A DNA stretch of 64,000 nucleotides from Paragordius varius (taxonomy: Eukaryota > Animalia > Nematomorpha), in assembly GCA_964247055.1 (NCBI GenBank), contig OZ176051.1, positions 14,818,001-14,882,000 on the forward strand. The letters run 5' to 3'. Below the pieces are notes generated by a model. That model saw nothing but the letters and a program-made list of their open reading frames with translations. It ran no database searches and had not been told where the DNA came from. The translations under genes and the position numbers were made by a program. How positions within the stretch are numbered: position 1 is the stretch's first letter; each line of letters starts with the position of its first letter. Below, in pieces: positions 1 to 12,777 of this stretch.

Positions 1-557
1 CATATTTATTATTTTCTTTATTTAATATTACACCAACACCCTCTATCCTTCCTTCATTTCATCATGTCCGATTTATACATACAATTTTCTTCATTATATA
101 AAACACCAATGCCGTTGTAAAGGGTTTCAGTGATACCCAAAATGTTTAATTAGATTTTTTGCATGTTTTTTTTAGTCCAACCGCTGACGTTCCAATTTCC
201 TTACGCCTTTTATGTATTATTTTAATTTTTGGCATATTTTTATGAACTAATTTGCCCGGGCGTTGTTCAATCATACTTGTGTAGTATGGATTCAGTGTTT
301 ACAAACAATTTCTTAGCTTCAAAGATATCTTGATAACATAATCAAATCAAATCAATCTTAATCACAGATTAGGTATTTACATAACAAAATAAACAGAATC
401 ATTTATGATTATGAGATTATGTTATATTTTGGAAATATTGATTTTAACAAACAATAAAAGGCATTAAAATAATTATTTTGTTTATTGGTCTTTCTAATAT
501 TATCTGAAAAGAATAAAAGGGAAAAAATATAATTAACAACAAAACAAAAAAGTCAAA

Positions 558-641
558 GGACCAACTTGAAATGTTCAAGGACCAACTTGAATTTTTCCAG
601 GACCAACTTGAAGTGTTCAAGGGCACTCTTGAAGTGCAAAT
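558..641. repeat. 21-bp minisatellite, about 4 units (GGACCAACTTGAAGTGTTCAA)
   Basis: Units start at 558, 579, 600 and 621; the array ends in CTTGAAGTGCAAATG. Confidence 0.9.
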
Positions 642-862
642 GATATAATAACCCAGAAAACTTATATATTTTTTCATTTCGTGTTAAAATCTTATAATCC
701 AAAATAATTTTAGGAAATTAATTAAGATATACGGTTTCTCAATGATTTGAAGTTGATATTGATTTTATATTTATGTTAAATAATAGAAACGAAGTTTAAA
801 ACGATAAAAGTGATGAATGATATACGATTTGGTGCATAAAAGTTTAAAAACAAAACATCAAA

Positions 863-985
863 GGACCAACTTGAAGTGTTCAAGGACTAATTTGAAGTGT
901 TCATGGGCCACCTTGAGTGTTCAAGAACCAACTTGAAATCAAGGACCATCTTGAAGTGTTCAAGGACACTCTTGAAGTGCAAATG
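863..985. repeat. Second array of the same 21-bp minisatellite, about 6 units
   Basis: Same unit and same flanking motifs (..TCAAAGGACC and CTTGAAGTGCAAATG) as 558-641; two units carry short deletions. Confidence 0.9.
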
Positions 986-993
986 GTATACAG

Positions 994-998
<5 letters not shown>

Positions 999-1024
<26 letters not shown>
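999..1024. repeat. (TA)n microsatellite
   Basis: Direct dinucleotide run. Confidence 0.95.
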
Positions 1025-1756
1025 GCTTAACCATGCTATTCATTTCAAAACCAACATAAATACAATATTTTCTCTATGGATATTAACATCGAAGTTATTT
1101 CCAAGGGTATAATTAGCTCAATACACAATAAAGACAATCTATCAGAAAAAACTCTTTATGACAGTTTGCGTTTGTTATAAATACCATGGTCATTTCAAAT
1201 TTAGTTTAAAATATTTTTTAGAATCGGGCCTAATATAAAAATACGCTTTCTTTAGCCTTTCAACGCATGATACAAAATAATATTTTAAAAAGGCAAAATT
1301 GTAAAAAACCCTCACTCAAACTTTTAGCCGCTTTTATATATTTAAAAATTATCCGCGAATAAAACAGGAAATAGTTTGATTCGTGGATTAAAAACATATC
1401 AAGGCGTATCAAGAAAAGGGTGTAGCAGACCCACGTCGCCACTGTCCACAAAAGACGTCCCTTGCTGCCTTCTTCCATACACACCAGTCAATGGTGGTTC
1501 ATTCACTGACAGCCGTCTAGTTGCGTTAGGGGTCGAGTTGACTTCTAGGGATATACTGATAAGGTTTATAAAAGACATATATAAAATATAATGAAGGTAT
1601 ATTTGGCATTTACAGGTAAAATAAATCCTATCGGCTATATCCTAATTATTATATTAATTGTTTAATTGATCTAATATTCTTAAAAATTAATATATAAATA
1701 TTCTAATTCAACCCAATGCTTATTCATTATACTCATCCAGTATTTATATTGTTTAA

Positions 1757-2208
1757 CATTTGGATAGAACACATTCATATTCCTTCGATTCAAATTGGGG
1801 TAGGTAAGTACCCCAGGCCTGTTTAAAATAAACTATTTCAAAAAATATGAAATGAATGAAAACAATGGCAAAAATTTGCAGATTTATAACATTAATGAAC
1901 CGAAATATATAAAAACATTCAAAAATCCTTGATATCAATGTTAGTGTGATTTAAATGAAAAATTAGCTTATATTTTAGCTTTAAAATAAAAAAAACACGA
2001 TATTGTAAAATACAAATGGCGTTCAATCAGTTTGATATGGAACTTTTTTTTCAAAACTAAATTTTATTAGATATTTCGGCTAATTTATATAATTTTTTTA
2101 ATAAAGATGCATAAATTTAAATTGGGACCGTTTCTTTCAGTAGTTTCTTAAAGTTTTCAACTTAAATATAGTCTCGGGTATTTAAATACCCCATTTTGAA
2201 TCGAAGTG
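1757..2208 (+). mobile_element. TTAA-flanked non-autonomous element, piggyBac-like MITE (family B)
   Basis: TTAA|CATTTGGATA...GAATCGAAGTG|TTAA. The subterminal motif CTTCGATTCAAATTGGGGTA..TACCCC is inverted at the two ends. Homologous copies at 21.7, 23.9, 24.5, 34.3, 59.3 and 62.5 kb. Confidence 0.7.
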
Positions 2209-2821
2209 TTAACACGATTTTATAAACCAATATATAACTTTAAATTACTCTGTGTGCTAGTGGTATTTCCGTTTATTAGGTTTTTTTTATAGTTCATAAA
2301 TTCAAGTTGGTAATCATAAAAAGTCTGATATTTAAATCAATTTTTCTCCTTTTATATGATAAAATCTAACATTTATAGATCGATAAAATTCAATTTTCAT
2401 TAATCAATCTCTTTATTTAAATAACTATTATCTTTAATCTATAAATTCCAGTTTTTATTTCCCTTTATAGTATAATGACATTTACTCCGCATTAACTCAT
2501 TTTTTTAATTTAGCAAATCAACAGTACATGGTTAAAATCCAACATTTTTTATAGGTAATAAATGTATAAAATCTAATAAAGACATTTATAGTTATAAAAT
2601 TAGTAAAATAAGAGTATAGCTAATCTCTAAGGTACGTTTAGTTCAAGAGGGACTACGTTCACCTTGGTCCTAGCAGCGAGACGAAACGTAAACTTTCCCC
2701 CCGTGCCTGTGTCAATCTTTCCCCCTATGCGCGATTACAGCAGCACGCCCCACAGCGCTCCTATCATTGTGCTAAAAAGCAAAAGCATACAAATGGTGAG
2801 CCTAAATGAGTGCATATAGAG

Positions 2822-5117
2822 CAGTGGTACTCACCGAAAAAATTTGACGGGCCAAATTAAATATATTTTTTTTTCGAGGGCCATGAACTTTATACTGGCA
2901 AATATATAGCTATTTGACACATATGCACATATTTAATACTTTAAATCAGCGCAATGATTTTTTGCGGATGTAATCCAGTTAAAAACTCGTTTTTCACCAA
3001 GTTAAAAAATTAAAATATTTTGATAACAACATTTATTTTGATATTAACCAATAATTTTTAACAAATTTGGTTTCGCCTCATGACAGGCCAATCTTAATAC
3101 GTCGTCCATATGATCATCGGTTAAGCGATTTATGTGTGTATTCTTGGCATACTTCATTAATATGCCGTCTCAAACGTGTAAGGGTAGGGAAAAAACAGTT
3201 AGGATAACTTGAGCACATTTTTTTATATTTTCATATTTATTTGGTACAAAAACTCTACATATATTTTTAATTTACGATTCTCCTTGAATATAGCCTCCAT
3301 ATTAAAATAATATTTAAAATCTACGAATTTTTCAATAATAGCACCTGATCAAAACTGAAATGCTCAGGTTGCTTTATATTGGATATATCCGTATACCAGG
3401 GATTTTCAACGAATTTTAAGCAATTTTTAATATTTCTTAATTCCTGAAATCTGAATTTCATCTTATTTGATAAAATTGAATAATTGCCTATGATTAAATT
3501 AATCTCCATTAGCAAATTGGGTTATTATCTCCCTTGACTGTATTTAAAATATTAAGTTAAGTAATGTCACAAAGGTAGGCTAATAAAACCCACCATTCGT
3601 CACTATTAATTTCCTCGTCAAACTTTCTGTTATCATCTATAATTAATATTTCATGTCTTAAAACAAAAAATCTATCATCTCCCAGTGGTATACAAAAGAA
3701 TATAATCAAACTCACTGTGGATATCTTTCAGAGGGTTTTTGAATTTACGGCGGTACAATCTCTGCCCCTGTGGTTTACTATATCCACAACCCTTTTTAAA
3801 TTACTGAGAATTGAGTATTCATTTTTACACTCGAAACCAGGTTTTGCTTATGAATAAAGCAGTGAAATGATCAAATATTTTGCAAATTATATTTGTTTCT
3901 CAAAAGAGGAATAAATCCTTTGTTTCCAATTATAGAGGGACAGCCATCTGTGCAGATAAAAACCAATTTTTTCATAGATATACCATTATTATCGAAAAAA
4001 GTGCTAATTATTCGAGAAAATCACTCTCTTTCGTGGTATTATATATTGGTAAAAATATTTAATATTCCCCGTTGATAATGTTGTCGTTGCAAAATCTCAC
4101 AAGAGCCCACACTGTGGAGCTGAACTAATATCAGTGCTCAATCAATAGCAATACTAAAATATTTGTAGTTTTTCAGAGCCAATAAATATATTTAGATAAT
4201 GCGTCGATCGCATGTTAAATCAGAAAGTTGAAGTTTTTTAATTTGCCTCATGATTAGATCTTTATTATAGAATTTATCAAATAAAAAAGTGCCATTTATT
4301 AGATATTCTTTTATTAGTTGACAATCAGTTAACGGTTTCATATTTTTTCCTAATATATAGCAAATTTCATACGAAGTTAATGTTACAGTTTTTTCCTGGG
4401 AAAAAGCTATGGACATAATAGATTTTCTTCCTGGTATATTTCCTTAATCTTTTATTCGTTTCTATCCTCATGATTTTCTGGTTTGTGAGAATGCTGGATT
4501 GTAAAATGTCTTTCAATATTTTATTTTAATAATGTTGTCCTTACATATAAGGCAGGTGACATTTTTATTTAAAACGACAAAAAATTTTTTCTTCCCATTC
4601 TCTTTTTAAAAGGAGCGATTTTCATCGGATAATTTACGTTTTTCAGCATTAGATGTTATCCTTTGAATTTATGTTTAAATATTGTGTAAATTTTTTTCAA
4701 TAGAAATGGGAATATAATTTGAATTATGCAATAAAAAAACAGATTAAAATTTAATGATGTGATTTATATAAAATGATGCAGGATAGCAATGAAAAGAATA
4801 AGTATATGCAAGTTTGGGTGAAAGGATTGCTTAATACAAAAAAGGAATGCAATAATTTTAAAATAGAAAAGAAAATAGAATTCAGAAACAAACGTGTTCC
4901 AAAAATTTAAAATCATTTTAATGTAGGGGGTAAAAATAAAAATACCAAGTAAATCTAAATAAAATAAATTAATATTAAACTAAGCGAAAATCCGATTATG
5001 TGTATTTTAAAATTTCATCAATAAAAAAATAATTTAAGTATCAATATGGTCATAGGGCAATTTTAAAGCACTCTTAGGGCCGCATGCGGCCCGCGGGCCG
5101 CGGTTTGAGTATCACTG
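2822..5117 (-). mobile_element. hAT (Buster/SPIN-type) DNA transposon, degenerate, 2.3 kb
   Basis: TIRs CAGTGGTACTCA / TGAGTATCACTG and a perfect 8-bp TSD ATATAGAG (2814-2821, 5118-5125). GGCCGCATGCGGCCCGCGGGCCGC subterminal motif. Confidence 0.9.
3100..4630 (-). pseudogene. Disrupted hAT transposase (GTF2IRD2/ZBED5/SPIN-like)
   Basis: Minus-strand fragments in the expected order: EWEEKFF..TCLICK; SYEICYILGKNMKPLTDCQLIKEY..LQLSDLTCDRRI (4192-4416); CTDGCPSIIGNKGF..FHCFIHKQNL; FRFQEL..FVENPW (3321-3515). Several stops and frameshifts. Confidence 0.85.
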
Positions 5118-5702
5118 ATATAGAGTGACACCTTAGACGAAGCGGTACACATCCCGCTAAGCTATAGGCTATCCGGGATAGATCGCTACAATCAACGTCA
5201 TGGGGTCGTCCAAATAATAATTTTGAGTTCAAAATGCCATTTACCAGCAATTTTTGATTATACATTTTTAAATCATCTGTAATTTCGTTTTGTGGCTATC
5301 TAAATTTATGACTCTAGACGTCAAAAAGTATAAAATTATAAGTTTTTTCTAATCCATGAAAACAGGGCGGTTTTTTAATTTCAGCCAAAACAACTTTTAC
5401 TATTTAAACTTTAAAGAACATTTCATTTCATAGCGGACAAAAAATTAAATGTAATGAAGTGTGCTTTCATGCTAAATTTCACCAGCAAAAACTTGATATA
5501 TTTGGTTTTATATCAGCTGTTTGTTTCGATCGTGCCTAAGGTCTCCTAATTTTAAACTCTATAAGTCTTTAAACTCTATAAAGTATAAGCTTTTTTAATC
5601 GAAAACATGAGAAGAATGTTTAATTAAATCATAACTTAACAATCGAAACTGTGGTTTATAAATAGGGGTTAAGCATTGAAAAGTGCCAAATTTTAATATA
5701 AA

Positions 5703-7928
5703 ATGAGCGGTGTGATTTTTGAACCAACTAGTTTTAGGAGTTGTCCTAACCTTTTTTTGGCAATAAATGAAAGCTTATCGATGCATATTACAGATTTGGA
5801 AGGAAACATTCTTCGAACTTTTAAAATGAATTGTTATTTTAAGAAATATATTACGGATGGACCTTTTTTATGTAAGATTATTTATATTTTAGATTGTACT
5901 GATTTTAAAGAAAAAACTCATATTATTGATTGTTGGAATGGAAAAGTTATCAAAACACTGGACGGAGATCTGCAAGACGCCATGTATTTTAAGGGAAAAC
6001 ATTATGTTGTAACCAGCACAAATCCTTATGACAAGTTGTATTTATATGGAGATGAAATTATCACTATAGTATGTTTAAATGTAATTTTAGACTTATTTTG
6101 TTTATACCGAATCTACAATATGTCGCTGGGATCCTGATTATCTGTTGCTTTCTGGATATGGTCCAATCCAGATATATTCCGCACCAGTTAAATCGCTCAT
6201 AGATATGAATATTGGAGGAAAGAATGTTATCAGTGGATATAATAACCATTTGTTTTTAGCTCTTTCATATCCTGTTGCTAAATTGTTTTCCCTGGTTTCT
6301 TATGATGGAAATCCTAAAGCAATTGACAACCTAGAGAGGCGTGCCAATCATCAATTCTCAAAACATGATGAAAATGTTTTGGTCCATCTCACAAAGACCA
6401 AACTTGAAACATTAAATTTTGAGGATAAACGGTTTCATGAATTTATAAGCATATTTTTAAACCCTGATTTTTTAAAAATTTGAAACTCATTGACTTTTAT
6501 AAAATTTGAATTATATTTTTTGCTGGTTGCCTTTAAAAAAAGTATCTCATAATTTTTATGGTTTTACTGTAAAATTATAAAGACAAATCGTAAAAATCAG
6601 AAGAACAACATAATAAGCGTATTTATTAATCCTCCATTTCATTCATTATAACCATATTGTTTTAAGTTTCATGAGGGAACTGATAATTCGTGTCCTATTA
6701 TATATATATTAACAGTAAAATGGAAATTATACGGACAAAACATAAAAATATAAAGAAAATTTTTTTCTAAAAGACAACCATACTTTTTAAATCTTGATTT
6801 TTTTATATAGTCATTGTTTTCCTAAACTGCAAAGTAAATTGATATATAAATTGGTAAAACATTTTTTATTTACGATTGTAATTTAATGTTTTTTTATATG
6901 ATAAATTAAAAAGTGGTTTTTGAAAAAAAATATTTGTCTTTATATTTTACGTTTTGTCCGTATAATTTCAATTGTTACTGTATTCCAACTTAGAATTATA
7001 AATGTTATATGGAAAAAATAATGGTTTAAATAAGTATAACTTGCTTTGTTATTATAATTAATACTTTGCATTTACTCGCTATTTTTGGTAACTAAAATAC
7101 CCCTTTTGTGGACGTTTTTTAAGAAAATATTAAATGATTAAAAATATTTTTATACCTATGCTTACCATTAACACTTCTGTGGCTGAAATTTTTTTGCTGA
7201 TTATTTTACAGACAAAATGTCAGTAATAAGAATAATATTTAATTAAAACAAGGCACAATTTTTGTAAAACCTTGCTATTTCTTACATAAACTATGTATTT
7301 AATTTTGAAAGATTTAGTTAAAATTGAAATTATACGGACAAAAGGTAAAACTATGAAGACAAATATTTTTATTTAACAGATTTTTTAATAACTCGTGTTT
7401 AATACAGTAATGTAAATTGGCAACACAATCAATTATATATTTACCATTATAATTAAATGTTATTATAGGATAAATTAGGGTTAAAAAAGTATTGTAGTTT
7501 TTTTTTAAAAAAATTTTTTTTATATTTTTACATTTGGTCCGTCTGTGATTGATAATTGACTCGTCAATTTATTAATTCTAATATCGCAAAAAAACGTTAT
7601 ATTTTATCATTTAAGAATTGTTTCAAAACTATGACTGTATATCATAAAAATATTTTTTCTCTATGTTAGCGTGAAGAAATATGAAAGCGATGAAGTTTTT
7701 TCGCAAGATTTGTTCCTTCCGCATTCCTACAATGTTGCATTACTAAGTTTCGCCACGAATGAGAACGAGGATTATAAAGTGTATCAACACAAAATTCTTC
7801 TTTTTGATTTAGGGCAAGAGGGCGATTTCGTGCTGCCTGATCGAATAGTTTTACCAGTTATTCAACCAGAAGGGAGGCCAATGTTTGCTCCCAAATATAT
7901 TTTGATGGAAAAGACTGGCAGGGAATAA
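5703..7928 (+). CDS. Uncharacterised 314-aa protein, beta-rich (possibly beta-propeller-like); join(5703..5871,5893..6068,6091..6431,7670..7928)
   Basis: The intron GTATGT..TTTTAG at 6069-6090 (22 nt) fuses ORF 5703 to ORF 6145 in frame. GTAAGA..TTTTAG at 5872-5892 (21 nt) is an in-frame intron. Donor CG|GT at 6432 and acceptor TTAG|C at 7669 are phase-2 compatible and join ORF 7671-7928. The spliced CDS is 945 nt with no internal stop. Confidence 0.7.
6713..6980. mobile_element. Tc1/mariner-type MITE (family A), in intron 3 of the 5703-7928 gene
   Basis: Long TIR CAGTAAAATGGAAATTATACGGACAAAACATAAAAATATAAAG.. is inverted at the right end (..TTTTGTCCGTATAATTTCAATTGTTACTG|TA). Confidence 0.85.
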
Positions 7929-8201
7929 AGATTGAAATTTATATACGGACAGAACGTAACAAATATAAAGACAAACACTTGTATTTGTAAAACCGCTGTA
8001 CTTAAACTTGACTTTCAAATACTCATTGTTTTAAATTGCAATATTAAGTAGAGATGCATATTGGTAAATAAGATATTTTACAATTACATTTAAATAAATT
8101 ATATAGAAAAATAAAGTTTAAATAAGCATGGTTGTGTTTTGGAAAAAAAATATTTGTCTTTATATTTTTACGTTCTGTCCGTTTAATTTCATATTTTACT
8201 G
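7925..8201. mobile_element. MITE family A copy abutting the stop codon of the 5703-7928 gene
   Basis: ATTGAAATT..TACGGACAGAACGTAAC left arm; ..TTCTGTCCGTTTAATTTCATATTTTACTG|TA right arm. Confidence 0.8.
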
Positions 8202-9326
8202 TATTTACTTTAGTAGCAATTTATTATATTGGGTCAATAATTAGTTAAAGTTTATATTAATATAGTATACTATTTACACTTCAAATTCACCCACAAACAT
8301 TTCTAATTATCCCTAAAATGAATTATGCGTTTTTGCGTAATATAAATTATTATTATGATCTCATCAATAGAGATGCTAATATTATAATACATTCATTCAT
8401 AATATATAATTAACTCTGCGAATTCAGTTTTGAAAATTATTGTATTTTATAAAATATATATGTTAGTTTGTATCACTATTGTATGAAATTTTGATGTACT
8501 CCGACAGCATGTTACTTGGTGGATGCTACACATAAATAGAAAACGATTCTGAACTAAAAAGTATCCAATATTTTTTAGTCGTGTTAATATGCCTACTGTA
8601 CCTCAAAAATTATCCAGATGTAATTATATATATTTTGATAGTAAGTGTATTAGGATTATAATGCTACTTTTGGTTTTAGTCCCTACGACTTATATAAGAA
8701 AGTTATTCACACTTTTGAAGCAAGTGCTCATATCAAATGACGAAATTTGCCCACATTGTGTTAAATATAATTTTTTTAATGGTAGTTGGTTCATTGCAAA
8801 CTAAATAAATTATAAATTACATATAAAAGCAAAATAATATTTTAAAAAAAATTAATTTTAAGATTTAGACTGAAAAATCCCAAATTTTATTGCTCTTCTA
8901 AAATGGGCTACTTCTCTTAAAATAAACGCAAAAACGCCTTGCGCGCGATAAAAATATGATAAATTTTGACATCAAATATAAATATTTTTTAAAAGGGCAT
9001 TTTAATTTAATTTGTTGCGTTCTACATACTATTTTAAGGTGTTTTATTATATAAACACTTTTTCTGTATAATTTGATGATATTAAACATGGAAAATTTAG
9101 AGCTTCGTTTGCTTTCAAATTTTGGTGCATTTGTAAAAAATATAAAATCCCTAACATATTTCTAAAAACTCGAATATTTTAATAATTCTGAGAATGGAAA
9201 TGCCAAGAAAAGTGTGTTTTTATAATACCTTAAAACGGTCCACCGTTTCGATCATGCCTCAATAGTATAAAGTATGCTACAATAAAATGTTAAAATTTAA
9301 TTTTAGAAAAAATTTTGCATGGTTAC

Positions 9327-9510
9327 ACCGGTAGGAAGCCGAGTAGTCTTCGACTAAACAGATGATGATAAACAAATTAGAGTACATACCTCGCTCGATA
9401 GTTTTGACCTTTATTTTTAACAATTCTCATCATTGATCAAAAATTCAAATACGCTTCATATAGCGAGTAATTCCGGCGGTTAGAGCATCGGTATCAAGTC
9501 GAGTAAACAT
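9327..9510 (-). CDS. Candidate small-exon gene fragment, complement join(9510..9453,9425..9390,9353..9327): MFTRLDTDALTAGITRYMKQLLKIKVKTIERVEDYSASYR
   Basis: GC-richer island. Two phase-1 GT-AG introns (27 nt, containing the in-frame stops; 36 nt, GTATGT..TTTAG) preserve one frame. The true start and the downstream exons are unresolved. Confidence 0.4.
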
Positions 9511-10756
9511 ATAATGGTATTCAAATTTATATATTACAATCTCCTGATTAAAGATACAGCTAACACAGTTAAATTATTAATCAAACAATCAAATACGCTC
9601 CCTATACAAAGAACTTGAGACGGCAGGATATATATAAAGTTACTCAATAAAATACTTTTCTATAAAAACCACACGATGAAATTAAAATTCCTGGGAAGAT
9701 TATTTGATAACAATAATTAGTATATTTTTTTATTCGGTCTCAAGATTATATATTTTGCCCATCTCAATATATTATATTACTGCCATGTATAAAAAGAAAA
9801 TATTTATCAAGACGTTAGTAGTCTAATATTCATTAAAATTATTTAAAATTATGTTTAATTATAAAAATTTATTGGTACTACAACATTTTCACTAGTTTAC
9901 CATCAAAATGAATGGCCAATATTGTAAATTTTGTTAACATACTATTTTTTAAAATAAATGTTATATGATAACTTTCTCTTATTGGATTTGATTGAAATGA
10001 AAATGTTGACACTTTTTTGTAAATTATATTTATATATGCTATAATTATATATTGTCCAAACCTAAAACTCACCTAATAATAATTAGCCACCTTTGAGCCT
10101 CGACTGGGGATACTGATTGTTAATAAAACCTAATACTGGCGACTATGAGTTCAATAATGAATTATCACAAAGTCTATAAAATCAAGTCACCGTGTTATAT
10201 ATAATTTTGTAAAATATCATAATACTAATTAAACTGTTTTTTAATTTAAAACATATGCTATCTGTGGGTTATTTGATAAATCAGTAATACCGCGATTCCA
10301 CACTAAAATTTAATAAAATTATGCATAATCTTTAGTTAAAACCGTCTTTTTCACTTGCTATCGACCAAAACACTATAGATCTTTATTAAATAAATAATTT
10401 TATTTTAAGGGGTTTGAAGAGATTTGTACCAAAACAAAAATAACAATATCCCTAATTATTTACGTTTACTTTTCATTCTCCATTTTTTACAATCTTAAAA
10501 ATGTTAAATAGTTTTTATAGAGTACTTTAAAATATATGCGAGAGAGCTATTAACTATCTTGATCGTAAATGTATTCACGATAACAAAACAGACTTACACA
10601 ATTTAGCCCGCAAGCCACTAGTCAAGTTTGCTAGCTGTTAATTAACTTATAATCACATCCCAAGATTTTTTTATTTAATCTCATGATATTAAACCTAAAA
10701 CTTTCATTTATAAACCCAGACTGGTATTTATTAAATTTATGTAGCATTACGTATAA

Positions 10757-11000
10757 ATAGAGGCGTGGCTTGCATTTCTGGCCCTCGGTGCATAAATTCG
10801 TGATGCCGCCCCCTTCCATGCAACGCCTGCATTTTGCTGAAATCAAATTTAAACCGTACTCATAAATGGGTGATTTTTTATATATTATTTAAAAAAATAA
10901 CTTTTAATTAACTGTTTTCTTAAAATAAAATTGAAAAAATCCGCCTTTTACTATGGCGCCAGGTCCATCAATCTCCTTATCCCCCATTAATTACACCCCT
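10757..11000. mobile_element. Possible hAT-type MITE remnant
   Basis: GC-rich ends: TAGAGGCGTGGC.. on the left and ..CCCCATTAATTACACCCCTG on the right (CAGGGGTG-type end). No TSD confirmed. Confidence 0.35.
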
Positions 11001-12359
11001 GCGTATCAAATTAAACAATAATATTTATCAAATATTCGAACTGTACTAATCATCCTATAAAAAAATTTATTATTATTTTTTTATTTTATCAAAAACATAA
11101 ATTATTGATGGTATTATCCAAATCAATGATTATAATTATTCTGTGCCAATCTATAAAAGGTATGAAAACACTAGATAACAAATTTTAACTTTTTTTAACT
11201 GCCATTCTTGTAAACTTAAAATTTATTTCATTAAAGTACATAATTAATATATCTGAAAAGAAAATTGGTCTAGCATTCAAGAATTTTTTTATATTAGAGT
11301 TTATCGATAATTTTTGGCCCCGATTTAACATTAAACTCGAAATTTCGAAAATTAAAAGTTTTAGATATGAAGCCATGTATTTTATATCATTCGAAAGAGC
11401 GCAAAAAACTGCATCTTTTAAATGGAAGTAAGTCATTTAAATCAATCGGATGTAAAAGTTATTTGCATTTAAATGGTCGAAATTTTCAATCCTTAAATCA
11501 GTCAAGAATTTTCACAGACAAACTAATTTTAAAATCATATAAATTATTTTAATATAATTATTAGGGTTATATTAATATTTAATTTAAAAAAATGTTTGAA
11601 AAAGCTTTTGGTTTGCTTTTTTAATAAAAATTATTATTATCATAAATATTTTACCTAATGGATACTAAAATGCATAGTTATAACTGTAAATTTATTACAT
11701 AATGACTATAAAAGATTAAAAATACCTTAAACTTTGTTTTCTTAAAAATTTCGAAATTATCAGCCTCGTAAATAAAATAAATTAATATTGATGAGATGGA
11801 AATTTTTAAAAATCAAAAAAATTAAAAATGGCTGTTTTGAGTGACATAAAAGAAATAAAAAAAAGTTTTAATCAAAAAAACTTTCTTGTGTTATCTTTTT
11901 TGGACATTCATCACCATTTAAACAAAGTTTGAGCTATTTTCATCCATTAGTTTTAAAAATATAATAATTAAAAAAATGCTCTCGCTTTGCGCGTTTGTCG
12001 CTCTTTGTGTCCAATATTAACTTCAATGTAATACATATTAGTATGCATTTTATAGAGTTTTTATTACTCTTTCGAATGATATATTACAATGGGCATTACT
12101 TGTATATTTTCAAAGAAAAACATTTTTTAGTATAATTTTGATAAAGAGGGCGCATAATCGAAAAAATCAAATTATATAAAATTCATCCATCGAGTTATAA
12201 TTATTTCAGATTTACTATTAAAAGGATACTAAATATCAGAAAATGCAAAAAACTCGAGTGGCAGAAAAATTTGTTGTCCAGTGTAATAGAGTAATTAATT
12301 TTCTATAAAATGCCAATGATAATAAAAAAAAATATAGCAAAATTCATTATTATTTATTT

Positions 12360-12777
12360 AGAGCGGAAACGACATGATTTAACAAATAAATCTAATAGAA
12401 GCAAAAGATTCTCTCTATATCACCATGAAATTATAAATTTTTTTCATTTTATTGGTTCACATATATGGAATTGCATATTTTGCAAAGGCTTGAGTGTTTT
12501 TCGAAATAACTGGATATGCTTAAATGCTAATGTTGTAATATGCTTATTTAAGAATTTTATATTGTTAAATAAGCATATTAAAATATTTATTTTATATTTT
12601 TTAAAAAATATATAAAAAACAATAAAATTATACTATCTCTCTTCCAAAAAAATTTACCAGTTATTTTTTAAACAACAGCTGTTTTTTTAGAATAACCATG
12701 GTCAAAAAATAAATAGCCACTGACCTGGTCATGACTCGGTCAATTGACCGGGTCATGACTTGGTCAGCACAACCCTA
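12360..12777 (-). mobile_element. Truncated left end of the same hAT family as 31549-33658
   Basis: GCACAACCCTA terminus at 12767-12777 and GGTCATGAC/GACCGG subterminal repeats. A degenerate BED-finger coding stretch (YFEK..LCKICNSIYVNQ) lies on the minus strand at about 12440-12520. Confidence 0.8.

Noticed and set aside
1-330. Possible transposase fragment on the minus strand
   Set aside because: Only a vague YN..D..M resemblance to piggyBac, with several stops; not supportable without a search.
444-677. 77-aa ORF with SSWS repeats
   Set aside because: Antisense reading of the 21-bp minisatellite.
558-985. CRISPR-like appearance of the short repeats (also 60035-60146)
   Set aside because: Units are contiguous with no unique spacers, there are no cas genes, and the context is eukaryotic.
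1400-1560. GC-rich island, perhaps a LINE 3' end on the minus strand
   Set aside because: Too short and degenerate to assign; the overlapping ORFs on both strands have no recognisable motifs.
2670-2700. GACGAAACGTA resembling a hammerhead 3' half
   Set aside because: No CTGANGA core or pairing stems upstream.
8589-8804. 71-aa ORF containing CPHC and a GTAAGT donor at 8641
   Set aside because: Several mutually incompatible splice solutions exist on both strands; no consistent model or motif.
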